Assembly (NCBI GenBank): GCA_002104905.1
Contig: MCFE01000207.1
Coordinates: forward strand, 62,001 to 126,000
DNA length: 64,000 bases
Source of the DNA: Basidiobolus meristosporus CBS 931.73
Lineage: Eukaryota; Fungi; Basidiobolomycota
Reading direction: 5' to 3'
Positions 63,940 to 64,000 of the stretch are shown one piece after another (within the stretch, counting starts at the first letter, position 1; each line of letters starts with the position of its first letter). The translations under genes were made by a program, and so were the position numbers. Under the pieces are notes generated by a model. It ran no database searches. It saw nothing but the letters and a program-made list of their open reading frames with translations, and had not been told where the DNA came from.

Positions 63940-64000
63940 ACGGCTTTCGGATCTGTTTATCCTGTACATTGTAATCCAATAAAATCCCCTTAGACCTGGT

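Overview
Eukaryotic DNA, most likely fungal: short 55-75 nt GT-AG introns, MON1 and BXI1 genes, fungal-type transposons. An early-diverging lineage is my inference only. The window has two sharply different compartments. (1) About 1-55,500 is a nested transposon graveyard almost devoid of CpG. It holds Ty1/Copia copies and solo LTRs, at least three Ty3/Gypsy families (one full-length 4.9 kb copy, one gag-protease-only LTR element, one chromovirus fragment), many copies of a CACTA/EnSpm-type DNA transposon with CCCTA termini and a divergent second ORF, and five copies of a 734 bp non-coding foldback element (347 bp arms, 40 bp spacer, AGAC..GTCT ends, 3 bp TSD). (2) About 55,550-64,000 has normal CpG and five host genes: a Frizzled-like cysteine-rich-domain single-pass membrane protein, an S1 serine protease, a Bax-inhibitor-1 family protein, an uncharacterised 375 aa helical protein, and MON1. 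Best novelty candidates are the foldback family (its spacer occurs in both orientations relative to distinguishable arms, and arms are homogenised within copies) and the Frizzled-CRD membrane protein that the ORF track misses because of introns. All alignments, counts and splice models were done by eye; no searches were run.
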